Assembly: GCA_010093605.1 (NCBI GenBank)
Contig: MU004187.1
Location: 1,434,018 to 1,498,017, forward strand
Reading direction: 5' to 3'
DNA from: Lophium mytilinum
Lineage: Eukaryota
Length of the DNA stretch: 64,000 bases
Position numbers and translations under genes: made by a program. Under the pieces are notes generated by a model that saw only the letters and a program-made list of their open reading frames with translations, had not been told where the DNA came from and searched no databases. Of the stretch, positions 1-12,808 are shown piece after piece. How positions within the stretch are numbered: the first letter of the stretch is position 1; each line of letters begins with the position of its first letter.

Positions 1-2480
1 TTTAAAGAATAGAAACTATAGTACTAAGGTAATAGATACTAGAACCCTATTTAAGTACTAATAGATTACTGCAATCTACTATACTTTATAACTACGTAAT
101 AACTAAACTAATAATAGATGCGTTAGCTCTAGATTCTCTTAGAAATTAACTACGTCCTAATATACCGGCCTAGCTATCTAGAAACTAAACTAGATAGTTT
201 TACACGCCGTAGCTAGGATCTACCGCAATCTAATAATAATAAATAATTTCTATTTTAATAATAAACTATAATTAAAATAAAGAACCTCGCCTCTAAGGTA
301 TTAAAAGAGCTCTATCTTTATACTATAGATATTATAAGTTATACCCGGCCCCTATATAAACTTATTAAAAAGGCCTATAATATAGATAAAACTGCGTTCT
401 AGAAGGGGGGCAGTAACCTAGATAACTAGTTAGATAACTATCTAGTCTACTATATTATAGCGCTTAAGTAACGCGGTAATTAGAAGCTTCTATGCAATAT
501 TCTAAAGAATAAGCGCGTCTAACTATTAATAAGTAAGTTAGAGGTTATAGATAATAAACTATAGATTCTCTATAAGAACTTCTAATAACTATTTATACTA
601 TAGTTAGCCGCACTCTAGCTTTAGATTATATAGCTAGAATATAACTATACTAGTGCAGGTTATAGAGGCTATATAGACTGCCTCTAGCGTATACGCCCTA
701 GCTACTACTAGCTATAGTTTACTAAATTAATTACAACCTATATTAACGCTTACTAGCGCTACTATAATATTAAGCCCTCTAACTTTACTAAGTAAGGTTT
801 CTTACGCCTCTTACCCGTCCCCCTTTATTACTAGCGTAATATTACTATAGACTATATAGTTAACTTACCTATTTATAAGTATTATAGCTATAAGTATTAT
901 TATATACTAGTTGTAATTAATAGACTCTTAAAAGAATATTACTTCCTTACTATTACTTTACTAGAAGTAGATAAGCTAGCTAAGGTCTATTTCTAATAGA
1001 TCTATTAACTATATAGACTACTAGCGTCTATTACTAGTAATCTAGGAATATAATTTATCTCTAAATTCTAGTAATATCTCTATTATTAGATATAATTATT
1101 ACTAAATACGTCTACCGCTTTCTACCTAGAAACTAATAGTTAAATAGAAATTACTAATATAGATATAAAGAAATACCTATAAGCCTATATTAACTATATA
1201 TAGAATAACTAGTATAACCTACTACTCTTAGCTAAGCTTATTACTAATATCTATGTATTAGCTACTATAGGCTTATTACCGTTCTTTATAAATTACAGCT
1301 ACACCTCTTATTTAGAGCTTAAGCCACCTATTATTAAAGATAAGAAAATATCTAAAAATAAGGAAATTAAATAAGAACTAGCTAATAATATAGCTAAATG
1401 CCTAAAGAATATTAAGGTCTATCTACAGGACCGTATTATATAGGCTTAAGAGGAATAAGCTTACTAAGCTAACCGCTACTATAATGTAGCTACAGACATT
1501 CGCGTTAATAATATAGTCTAGCTTAACGCTAAGAATATTAAATTAGACCGCACTAAGAAGGCCCTTAATAATAAGTTTATAGGCCTCTTCCGCGTTAATA
1601 AGGTTATTAATTAGGGCGCGGCCTTCTAATTAGACCTTCTATCTAATACTAAGATCTATAACGTCTTTTATTCTTTATTATTACGGCTTAATACTTCTAA
1701 ACCTATTAAGGGATAGGATTACCCTAAGCCTATACCGCTACCTAAGCTAATCTAATAAGAGGATAATAATAAGCCTATAGAGGAATTTATAGTTACCTAA
1801 ATTATTAACTTATATATTAAGAATAATAATATCTAATATAAGGTTTACTATGTTAGTAGTGCATAACTATATAAATTCTAGTAACTATTTAGGAATCTTA
1901 AGAGCTACCTCTATAAGGTTTTTAACTTTTATTATTATAGCCTATAGAAACTTAAACTACCTGCTTACTTTATTAAACTAAAGGACTAGACTCTATCTAC
2001 TTAAAACCTCTAGAATATTACTATATTATTATAATAGTCTAATACACTCTAAGATTCTACGCCGCCGTTAGATAGTAGAATTAATTAAGAACGCCTACCC
2101 GCACTAGTTTTATTAGCACGCTCTACCTATATATAGAGCTACGCCTATATTAGCTATCTAATATATAAGTTTAAATAGTAAGTCTTTTTCCTATAAGTTT
2201 TTATAGAAGCTTAGTTTTTTAAAGAGGGGGCACATATTATATTATTTCTTAGCATTCTCTTAGTAGTTATTAAGGTTAGGGGTTATTACGTGCACGGACG
2301 TTATATAATCTCTAGGCTAAGGGTTCTTCTAGCGCCTAAGGTTCTACTAGCGCCCGGAGTTCTACCGGCGCGCACTTAACTACATAGCAGGCTTATAGTT
2401 AGAGCCTCTCTCCTCTCTATATAACCTTATTAATAGAAATATAACTCCTTTCTAGCTATAAGCCTAATAAATAGTATAGA
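1..2480 (+). mobile_element. RIP-degenerate Ty3/Gypsy retrotransposon, 3' part (integrase, chromodomain, PPT, 3' LTR remnant)
   Basis: Reversing C>T/G>A changes restores integrase motifs: QGFLRPLPVP (~793), WRDITMDY (~832), SDLGTQFISKFW (~1035), STAFHPETDGQTE (~1111), GPFRV (~1582), IHNVFH (~1654). Purine tract AAAGAGGGGG at 2221-2230. LTR limits are approximate. Confidence 0.85.
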
Positions 2481-2599
2481 ACTTAATACTTTTAATTATA
2501 GTAGTAATTAAAAGTATTAATATAAGTATAAATATAAGAATAACTAAGGCTAAAATAATAATAATAATAAGGCTATCTATTCTAATAGCTCGGGAAATG

Positions 2600-5500
2600 C
2601 CTAATCTCTAATAAAAGTCGTTATTAGAGATAGTTAGAAGATATACTAACTTAGGCCCTTATATATATTTAAGAGCTTAAGTTACCCCCTCTAAAATCTT
2701 TTAATATTAAACTCTCTATATGCGCTATTAGGCTTACCCCCCTATCTAGTAAATAAATAGATTTTAACTATAAGATTATTACTTTAACTAGATTAGTTAA
2801 ATTAACTATTTTTATAGACTCTAGATGCAGTAGATTTATATTTATTTCTATAGACTTTATAAAATATTATAAGCTTAATATCTATAAAGCTACTCTATAT
2901 AATATTAAGCTACTAAATAGATCTATATCTATTATTAATAAAGTAGCTAAGATTACTATATAGATTAGAAGCTATTATAATAAATTTTAGGTACTAATTT
3001 ATAACCTTAAGAGCTATAATATTATTCTTAGTATAGGTTAGCTTATAATATATAACGCGCATATAAAGTTTAGTACCTAAATAATATAGCTAGACTTAGA
3101 TTACTACTACTTCTAGTACTTAGTTAATTATAAACCTATCTATATCTAGTCTAAAGACTCTATTGCCTGCACTAGTAAGCGCCTATTCTAGTAGAAGCTT
3201 AACGCTTAGCTTACTACTTTTAAGGCGCTTAATATTAATATAGTATCTAGTAATAAGTATTTATATAACGCCTAGTAATTATTAAAGAAAGATACTATCT
3301 ATATATAGCCTAAGCACTTTAAATTAGTACTTATAGATAAGAAAGTAGAAGCCCTAGTATATACTAAAGAATAACTATATAAACCTAGTAATATTATTAT
3401 AGGCCTAGCTAACTTTACTAATAATTTAGCGGCTATTAGTCTCTATACTATATTAAAAGATAATTAGCAGAAATTCTTTAAGAAGATAGACCGCACTCCT
3501 ATAACTTATAAAGAACTTAAGGCGCTTATATCTTAGAAATACTAGGGCTTCCTTAATATATAGAACCTAAAGAAAGCTAATAAACTACTACCGCGTTATA
3601 AGGCTAAAGATAGTATAGATATTAATTACTATATTAATATTAAACCTAGTACTAAAGCTCTAGCTTAAAAGATATATAGTCTCTTACGCGATAAAACGTT
3701 AGTAGTTAAAACCTTTATTAATAAAATATATAGAAAAAGCTATATTAGAAAAAGTAATAGCTAATATACTGCCCCCGTTATTATTATCTATAAGCTAGAA
3801 GAAGGCCTCTACATTTATATAGACTATTAAGGTCTTAACGCTATTATAATTAAGGCCTATAATGTTCCGCCGGCTATAAAAGATACTCTAGTGCTACTAA
3901 AATACGCTAGATATTATATAAAGTTTAACGTTATAGCTGCTTTTAATGCTATTAAAATATAAGAAGGGGATAAAAAATATACGGCCTTTTTTATAAGGTA
4001 TAGCCTATTTAAATTTACTATTCTACCTTTTAGCCTATGCAACGCCCTAGCGACCTTCTAGGCTTTTATTAATAATATTCTACTAGAATACCTTAATAAC
4101 TTTTATACAGCCTATCTTAATAATATTCTTATTTTTAGTAAGATATTAGAGAAATATATAGGCTATATTAAGAAGATTCTTTACTAACTCTATAAGGCTA
4201 GCCTCTTTCTTAATATTACTAAGTATAAATTCTATAAATAAGAAGTTAAGTATCTAGGCATTATTATTAGCGTAGACAGCCTTAAGATAGATTTAGCTAA
4301 GGTTAAGATAGTTATTAACTAGCTATAGCTGCGGAACCTCTATAATATATAAGCTTTTCTAGGCTTCTATAACTTCTACTAGTAATTTATTATTACCTAC
4401 TCTAATATTGCAGGGCTACTTATAAGACTTACTAGAGTAAAGGTCTATAAGTAGTTTACTTTTCTATAGTAGAAAGGTAGCTTAAAAGATTTTTTATTTA
4501 AATAGATAAAATAAGCGTTTATTAACGCGCCTTAGATAGCTTATTTTAATCTAGATCTAGAGATATAGATAGAATATAATGCATCTAATACTATTATAGC
4601 CGCTATACTATCTTAAATATAGGCTAATAGGGTCCTCTATTCTATTATATTTATATCTTATTATATAAGCGCAGCTTAACTTAATTACTAAATCTATAAT
4701 AAAGAGCTTCTAGTAATTATCTACGCCTTTAAAGAATAGCGCATAGAACTTATAGGCTATAGATATAGTAATCTAATTAAAGTTCTCTTAGATTACTAGA
4801 CCCTATAATACTTTATAGAGACTAAGTAGCTTAACTAATAATAGGCTAGATAGGCTAAATTTCTTTCTAAGTTTAATTTCTAAATTACTTATAGGCTAGG
4901 TAAAGATAATAGTAAAGCTAACTTACTAACTAGGCGCCTAGATAATATACTAGATAAGAATAATAAGCGCTATAAAATCTAGTAATAGACTATTCTTAAG
5001 AACTATAATCTAGAACTAGAAATACGCTATACTATTAAACTAGCCTATATTATAACTAACAGCGTTACCTATAACGCGGTTTCCCTTACAGTAATATTAT
5101 ATAACCTTAGTAAAGTAGAACTTAATTAGAGGGAGTCTTAGAGTAACTCTAATAAAGAACTATAGAAGCTACTAATATAGAGGGAGTTATAGAGTAACTC
5201 TACTAATAGTACTATAGAGTAAGATATAGTGTATTATATATAAGAAGCCCTTATTAATAATACTATTAGTAACGCTATTAAAGACGCTATTAGAGCTAAG
5301 CTATGCCGCTTACTAATAGATATTATTAAGAACTATAGCGTTAAGCTTAAACTCTATAATTATATAATCTATAATAGTCTTATCTTTATCTAGAAAGACT
5401 ATCTATATATTTCTACTAAGAAGAAACTATAGTTAGCTATTATTAAGAGCCTTTATAAGCCACCGCCGGTTAGTTATAGTAGAACTACGTCTACCTATAA

Positions 5501-7600
5501 CCGCGTTTTAATGTATTATTTCTAGCTATAGATAATAAATAACGTTAACTAATATATTAAGGCTTGCTAGCCTTATTATTATATTAAGCACGTATGCGAT
5601 ATAAAGTAAGGCTTTCTTAAGCTACTTTCTATTTCTAAGTAATACTAGACTAATTTTATAGTTAATTTTATCGGCCCTCTATCTAAATACTTATATTTTA
5701 GATAGAACTACTAATATATTATAGTAGTTATTAATAGACTCTTTAAGATACGTAAATTTATTTCTATAGTTACTATAGATACTAAAGAAGTAGCCTAAGC
5801 CTTTCTTAAATAGATATAGTGCACTAAAGAATATCTATAGTCTATTATTTCTAACTAAGAAATATAATTTATCTTAACCTTCTAGTTTTACCTATGCAAG
5901 TATATTAGTATAAAGCTAAAGCTCTCTACCTCTTTCTACCTAAAGATAGATAGATAAATAGAAATTACTAATATAGGCCTAAAGTAGTATCTTAGAGCCT
6001 ATATTAACTACTAGTAGAATAACTAGTATAACTTCTTTACTATTACTAAATTTAAAGCTAACTTATTAAGAAACGCCTCTACTAAAGTAGCCCCCTTTAT
6101 AGCTACTAAGGGCTATATTTCTAGCATAGGTACTAAACTAGCTGCACGGTTACCTAAAGATATAAATATACTAATAATTTATCTTACTAAGCTAGTAGAT
6201 AAGCTTATTAATAAACTAGATAGGCTACGCGCGTTTCTTTACACGGAAATTAAATAGGCCTAGGCTAAATAAAAGAAATATACTAATGCTAGATAATAAC
6301 CTACTTATATATACTATCTAGGTAATTAAGTTATACTTAATAGATAGTTTATAAAAATAAACTACCTAAATAAGAAACTTAACTTTAAAAAGCTAGGCCC
6401 CTTTAAGATTCTAGAAAGCTATAAAAACGGCAGTATATATAAGCTTAAGCTATCTAAGGGTATAGAAAACCTATACCCTATCTTCTATTCTTAGCTACTC
6501 TACCCGGCTAACGCGGTCCCTATAAAAGGCTAGTATAATTTTAAGCCCCTACCTATATAGATAATACTAATATATTAGAAAGATAATACTAAGAAGGTTA
6601 TAGATAGCTACCTAGATAGAAGATGCCTTAATTCTACTACTAGTAAAAGGGGTATGCTATAATATAAGATTAAGTTTATTAGCTAGAATAATAAGCCCTA
6701 ATAGAATAACTATAACTATACTAATAGTTACCTATACCTTATTATAGATTTCTACTACTAGTATTCTAAAAAACTAGGCCCTTACTTATTATTCTAACTA
6801 CTATTAGACTAGGAGCTAATCTTAGCTACTATTCTTGCCGCTATAGACCTCTATATAACTAATATTATAGAAGCTATATAATTTAATTACTAGACTAGCA
6901 GTTAAATTAATTTATTAAGAAGGCCTAACCGCGGATATATATAATAATTAATATAGAATAGTGTAGATTATTATAAGTATCTAGTAGTAGATTAGTAGCT
7001 ATAAAAGCTATATAGCTTCTTATAGCTCTATTATAGCCGGCCCTAGTCTAGATAAATAAGGCTACTTATAGTAATACTATATATAGTAATACTGCGCATA
7101 GTAATACTATATATAGTAATACTACGCGTAGTAATACTATATATAGTAACACTGCGTATAATAATATAGTATATAGTAATACTACTATACTAAAATAGTA
7201 AGGCTATAGTAAGCTATATAAAAATAGAAAGAATAAGTAATCCTCTATAAATTAATTTATTTTCTTTCTTTACTTACGGCTAAAATATAATTAGGCACTT
7301 TATTTAATAGATATTTAAGTAGTTATAGATACTCTAGTATAGAAAGAACTCTCTCTTATAAAAGCTTTAATTAGGGGGCTTCTTTAGAGGGGGGAGACGT
7401 ATTATAGCTATATAATTATATATAATATATAACTAGAGGTTATATAATAGAGGCTCTATAGAATAGGTAAATATTACTCCGCCCTTTAGGTTATTATAAC
7501 GTCTATTCTAGAAACCTCTTCCTCTCTTATATTTATCTTTTATTAATATTAATACTATTTAATCTAATAATTCTAATATTCTAACCTTAAGCCCTAATAT
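2600..7600 (+). mobile_element. RIP-degenerate Ty3/Gypsy retrotransposon pol (PR-RT-RH-IN-chromodomain) with PPT and 3' LTR remnant
   Basis: De-RIPed motifs in Gypsy order: protease IDSG (~2814); RT DYRGLN (~3822), PFGLCNAPATFQ (~4026), YLDDIL (~4113); RNase H DASD (~4578), IYDKELL (~4692), YRPGKDNGKAD (~4890); integrase SFHP.TDGQTE (~5930). PPT AGAGGGGGGAG at ~7386. Confidence 0.9.
7068..7190 (+). repeat. 15-bp tandem repeat (TAGTAATACTRYRYA), about 8 copies
   Basis: Units tagtaatactatata, tagtaatactgcgca, tagtaatactacgcg are directly visible. Confidence 0.85.
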
Positions 7601-8809
7601 TTAATAGATTATTTATAGCCCTTAATATAAAGTAGGTAGTCTTTTAAAAGAGTACTATAGTACTTCTATTTAAATATAAAGTTCTATCTAATCTATCTAG
7701 AAAGTTAATTATACCTAAGTCCTTGCTAGCTATAGCTATATCTAAAAGTTATAGTAGAAAGCTACTATAGTAGTATAAGGCTATAATAAGTAGAATTACT
7801 AATATAAGAAACTATAATATAGACCTAATATAGTATTAGAAGTATACTAATAAAGGGTATAGTAACTTTAATAGCTACTACTTTCTTAATAGTAGTAAGC
7901 ACTTTATTATACTTACTAAGTAGTAGAAGGTATAGACTAATACTATAGCGTATAGTAAGGCTACTATATTAGTACCTCTAATTAAATTATTAAAGAAGCT
8001 TTAAATAAATAGGCCTATAGGTTTAGAATATTATTAGCTAGTAAAAATAATAAGAGTATAGTAGGCGGTAAGTACTATAGATAATATTAAGGTAATAATA
8101 AAGTAGACTATAGAGCTTAGTAGTATATAATAGATAATAGCTATAGCTAAGAGGTTTTTAAGTATATAGTAGCCTCTATTATAGCCTTAGTTATAGCCTT
8201 AATAGTAGTAGTATAGCTACTATTCTTTCTCTTTTCTACTACTCTATTATCTACTAAATCTATATATTTCTACTAGGTTTCTAGTATTTCTATATACGCC
8301 GGTATCTATATCTATATCTATATTTTCCCTTTCTCTACTACTACTACTACCGCTCTTAACTTAGGCCCCGGCCGCTATAGAATCTTACTAACTAAAGAGC
8401 TTAAGCCTAGTATACTCTAAAGAGAAGAATATAGATATACTAGAGGTATTTTTCTATTAGAAAGTTAATAGTATATAGAACGCTAGTTTATACTAGCGCT
8501 AGTAGTAGGCAGCCTAGGTAGTAATAGATTAGGCTTAGAATATAGATTTTCTCTATTAAATAATAAATAGAAGCTTAGAGGCGTATTATAAAGCTATATA
8601 GCTAGAAATATTAAATAGAATAGCTATAAAGTTTACTAAGAAGCTATATAGGTTTAAGTAGCTATACTAAAAGAATAAAGTAGTATTTAATCTTACTCTA
8701 CTAGGTAATAAAAGATAGAGTATATAGTAATAGATATATACTATCTATTTAATATATACTACCTATAATATATATACTACCTATTAATTAAAGGGTATTT
8801 ATAGTTTAA

Positions 8810-10475
8810 GGCTTAAGTATTAGTACTAGTAAAATATAAAAATATATCTTAATATCTTATAGCTTAAGTATTAGTAGTAAGAATCTTATTTTAATATTTT
8901 AAGGCTTAAGTATTAGCGTAGGGCGAATTTCCTCTATACTAATACTTAAGCCTTAAAATAGAATTCTTACTACTAATACTTAAGCTATAAATTATTAAAA
9001 TAAGATTCTTACTACTAATATTTAAGCCTTAAGTTAGATACTATATAGAGTATATATAAAATAGAAAGGCTATATAGAAATAAAATTAATTACTTTATTA
9101 TATCTTAGTAAATATAAGTCTAAATTATATAAATAAATAGCTAAATTACGCGTTTAAACGCGTATATTTATATCTATATACTAAATATATAGAAATATTA
9201 ATTAGTAGTAATAAACTTTTAAAGTTATAGTTATAGTTTCTAAGTATATAGTTAAATAGGCTTAATTCTCTACTTCTTTCTTCTAGTATAACTAGCTCTA
9301 GGCTTTAGAGCCTGCTTAAACGCTACTATATCTTCTATAGTATTAACCTAAGTATAGCGCTTACTTTTAACCCTATATATACTATATTTACTATCTAGAT
9401 TATTATTAGTATAGAAATTAATATTATACTAATAATAGCCCCTAGTAGGTATATTCTAGGCGCACTCTAGATATATACTATAGGCTAGGCCTACCTAATT
9501 CTAGCTATATTAGCTATTAATAAACTCTATATAGATAAGCTTAGTATAGTAGAAGTACTCTTAGAGAGCTATAGTAATAGTAGAAGAGCTAAGAGTAGTA
9601 GTAAGGTTATTAGTATATTAAAAGAAAGTTAGTAGGCCTAGAATAATAGTAATAGTAAAAAAAGAGGGCGGGTAGTAAGTATAGCGCTTTCTATATAAAT
9701 AGATTAGCTAGATTTTTAAGCTACTATACTAGAAATTATATATAGTAAAGGGGGATTAGTTCTCTCTTCTTTTTTCTTATTTTTATTCTTCTTCTAATTA
9801 GGTATATTATAGATATCTCTACTAATAGTAAAAGTAGAAAGAGAGTATATAGGCCTACTATATACTATATAAAGCCTCTAAGGGCTAGAATTCTCTAGGC
9901 TCTTACTAGAGAAAGCTTCTAGCGCCTTATCTTTAGCTTAAACGCCTATTATCTTCTTTTTAGTAAGAAGTAGTCTAGCCGCTACTATTTATATTACTAG
10001 AGAATCTAGGTAAACCCTAAGGGGCCTAAAGAGGTGCGTAGTAAAAGGTAGAAAGAAAAAGGGCTCTATAAGAATATTATTAATTAGGCTATTAATAGAG
10101 CCCTAATTACTAGTATTATTAGCTATAGTATTATTAGCTATAGTATTATAGAGGTAGTAATTAATAGTATATAAAGTCTAAAGAAAAAAGAGAGTTAAAA
10201 GAGAGGTAAAAATATATAGAAAAATAAATAATAGCTATTAAGCTTTACTATATAACTTTACTCTATACTAATATATAAGCTATAGATTATCTACTAGCGC
10301 TAATACTTAAGCCTTAGATTATTTACTAGCGCTAATACTTAAGTCTTAGCCTAAAAAGTATATAAAAAATAGTAAGGCTATATATAGAGTATATATTAAA
10401 TAGAAAGGCTATATATAGTATATACTTAGGCCTTAACCTACTTCTCTATCTATTTCTTCTTAACTTAAGTATTAG
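8810..10475. repeat. Dispersed and inverted 14-mer (GGCTTAAGTATTAG / CTAATACTTAAGCC) in an unassigned RIP-degenerate element
   Basis: Forward copies at 8810, 8861, 8903 and 10462; reverse copies at 8939, 8973, 9015, 10300 and 10332 (some with 1-2 mismatches). Confidence 0.75.
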
Positions 10476-10619
10476 TATTACCTCTCTTATATATATCTAG
10501 CTTAGCCTAAATTCTATCTATCTCTTCTCTTATATAGTATACTTCTCTAGCTATATAATAGAACTACTTTTAAGTAAAGTAATTATACTAGCTCTACTTA
10601 ATAGTAGCTTTTAGAAAGT

Positions 10620-11730
10620 TACTAAAGTTATAATAGGCCGGGCGCAGGTAATAGTAATACCTGCGGATTTATACTTTTAGTATAGTAAAGGTTAACTCTA
10701 TAAAGTTAAAATCTAGTAAGTATAGTAGTAGAAAATATACTAGATATTCTTATACCTAGATTATATATATAAGAGCTTTCTTAGTATATATTTTAATATT
10801 ATCTAAAATAATAACCTTTAAGCGGCCCTTAAACTCGCCTTCTATAGCTAGTAGAAGAGTAGTAATAACCTAGCTTTAAAACTTCTTAGTATTAAAGTAG
10901 CCCTTTTATATAGCTATATATAGTAGCTACTCTACTATACTTATTACTGCGTATATACTCTATATATTTCTATAATTTATAGGCCCCTAGTAGTATATAG
11001 AACTTCTAATAAATATATATATATAATAGCGCTAGCTAGTTTTCTTATTAAATATAGACTTATTAAGAAAAATAAAATCTTCTAGCTTATAGTAACTAGT
11101 AAGCTCTAAGTACTTTAACCTTAACTTCTTACTTATATAGTTTAACTAGCGCTAGGCCTACTTTTTACTCTATCTATTTCTCTTTATTATATATAATATA
11201 GTTAGCTATAAAGCTCTAATACTATACTTAAGATTAAGCTATATTTAAATCTTATCTTAATTATACTAGCTATTTTCTAGAAGCTATTAGAGTACCGCCT
11301 TTTTATCTACTATAGTAAGCCTTTTTAGCTATTCTATCTTAATTTATAGAGGCCTTACGGGCGCGCTATAAAGAATTATATATTTTTCTATATTATATAC
11401 TATCTTCTAGTAGATATAAATAACCTTAGTAATCTATTTAAAGTACTTATTAAGCTAGAGAAGCTATATAATATCTAGGTACTATAAGACTAATATTAGG
11501 GTTTAATTCTAGAGTTAGGTTTATACGCTAGTAGAGAGAAGGATTTAACTATAGATTAAGTTATTAACTTATACTAGAAATACTAAAAATTATTAGTATA
11601 TAAGCTTTAATATATATATAAGAGGCCTTACTAATAGCTAATATAGGTATATTAAAAAGTAGTTAAAAATTAATATATAACCTATCTAATAATCCCAGGC
11701 ATGCACTTATAAAATTAGGGGGGGTGCATA
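10620..11730 (-). mobile_element. RIP-degenerate Tc1/mariner (IS630-Tc1, DDE) DNA transposon
   Basis: Minus strand de-RIPs to FIFLDES (~11058-11078), VIILDN (~10798-10815) and LPPYSPDFNPIE (~10696-10731). Likely terminus TGCA at 11725-11728 followed by TA. Confidence 0.8.
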
Positions 11731-11902
11731 GAGAAAAACGCCAAGGAATGTACTCCGTTTTAAATACGACAAATCGCGAATTGCTCAGCCTTATGACGCG
11801 GCGAAACGATACCTAAAGACCTCACTCGCATCGCCGCAATCCACCGCCAACCACTCCCAAACCTCTCCACCCAACCCCTCTACGCCTACGATCACTTCCA
11901 AA

Positions 11903-12517
11903 ATGTGCGGCACCGACTGTTTCCTCTGCTTGCTCTCCATCCTCTTCCCCCCCATCGGCGGTACGTACCCCAAGCATCCCCGCATAACCCCAAGGCACCC
12001 AACGCCACTCCCCACCCCCTCTATCCTCCCTCTCTCAAACTAACACATCCTCATAGTCTGGGTCAAACGCGGCATCTGCGGCGTCGACTCCCTCATCAAC
12101 ATCGCCCTCTGCTGCCTCGGCTTCCTCCCCGGCCTCCTGCACGCCTGGTACATCATCCTCAAGTACCCGGACCCCTACGACTCGTACACGCGCGTTGACG
12201 GCAACGAGGCCGGCGGCGAGAACGGTGGCCGCACCGTCACGTACTACTATGTGCAGCAGGGCGGAGCGGGCAGTGGGGGACGCAGGGTCCAGCATCACCA
12301 GCAGCGCGGCTATGGCACTGTGAGCTCGCAGCCGACGGCGGGCCAGTTCCCGGGTCAGCAGAGCGGGACTGTAAATAGCTTTTCGCAGCCAAAGGCCCCG
12401 GCGCAGGGACAGGTGCCGGCGGAGGCGCTGGCGGGGGAGGGTAGTTCGCAGCCGCAGGGACCGCCGCCGGCGTATCAGGATGTTATTCAGGGGGATCATA
12501 AGGTGCAGAATCCGTGA
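11903..12517 (+). CDS. PMP3/UPF0057-family plasma membrane proteolipid with Gln/Gly-rich tail
   Basis: Exon 1 11903-11960 (MCGTDCFLCLLSILFPPIG); intron 11961-12056 (GTACGT..CTAAC..TAG); exon 2 VWVKRGICGVDSLINIALCCLGFLPGLLHAWYII matches the PMP3 signature. Confidence 0.9.
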
Positions 12518-12808
12518 GGGGGGCGCGAGGGGTGGTGGTATGATATCAGTGTGGGATATAATGGGAGCGAGTCGTGGGCGTTGTGGTTTTCGTGGACACG
12601 TTATGGCGCTGAGGGACTTTAAATGCGTTAGGGTATCACTTTTGGGCGCTGGGTAAGCGGTTTCACCGCTCGAATCATAAACAATCCACACATATGTGCC
12701 CAGGGTCTTAGCGGCGTGTGTTAAACAGCATCATCGATTGGGTCTTGCTCCAGGGCTTGAAAGGCTAGAAGATTCGAAGATGAGTTTCATGAATAATGGA
12801 TGAAGCGT

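Noticed and set aside
7068..7190. CRISPR-like periodic repeat
   Set aside because: Contiguous tandem units with no unique spacers, inside a eukaryotic retrotransposon.
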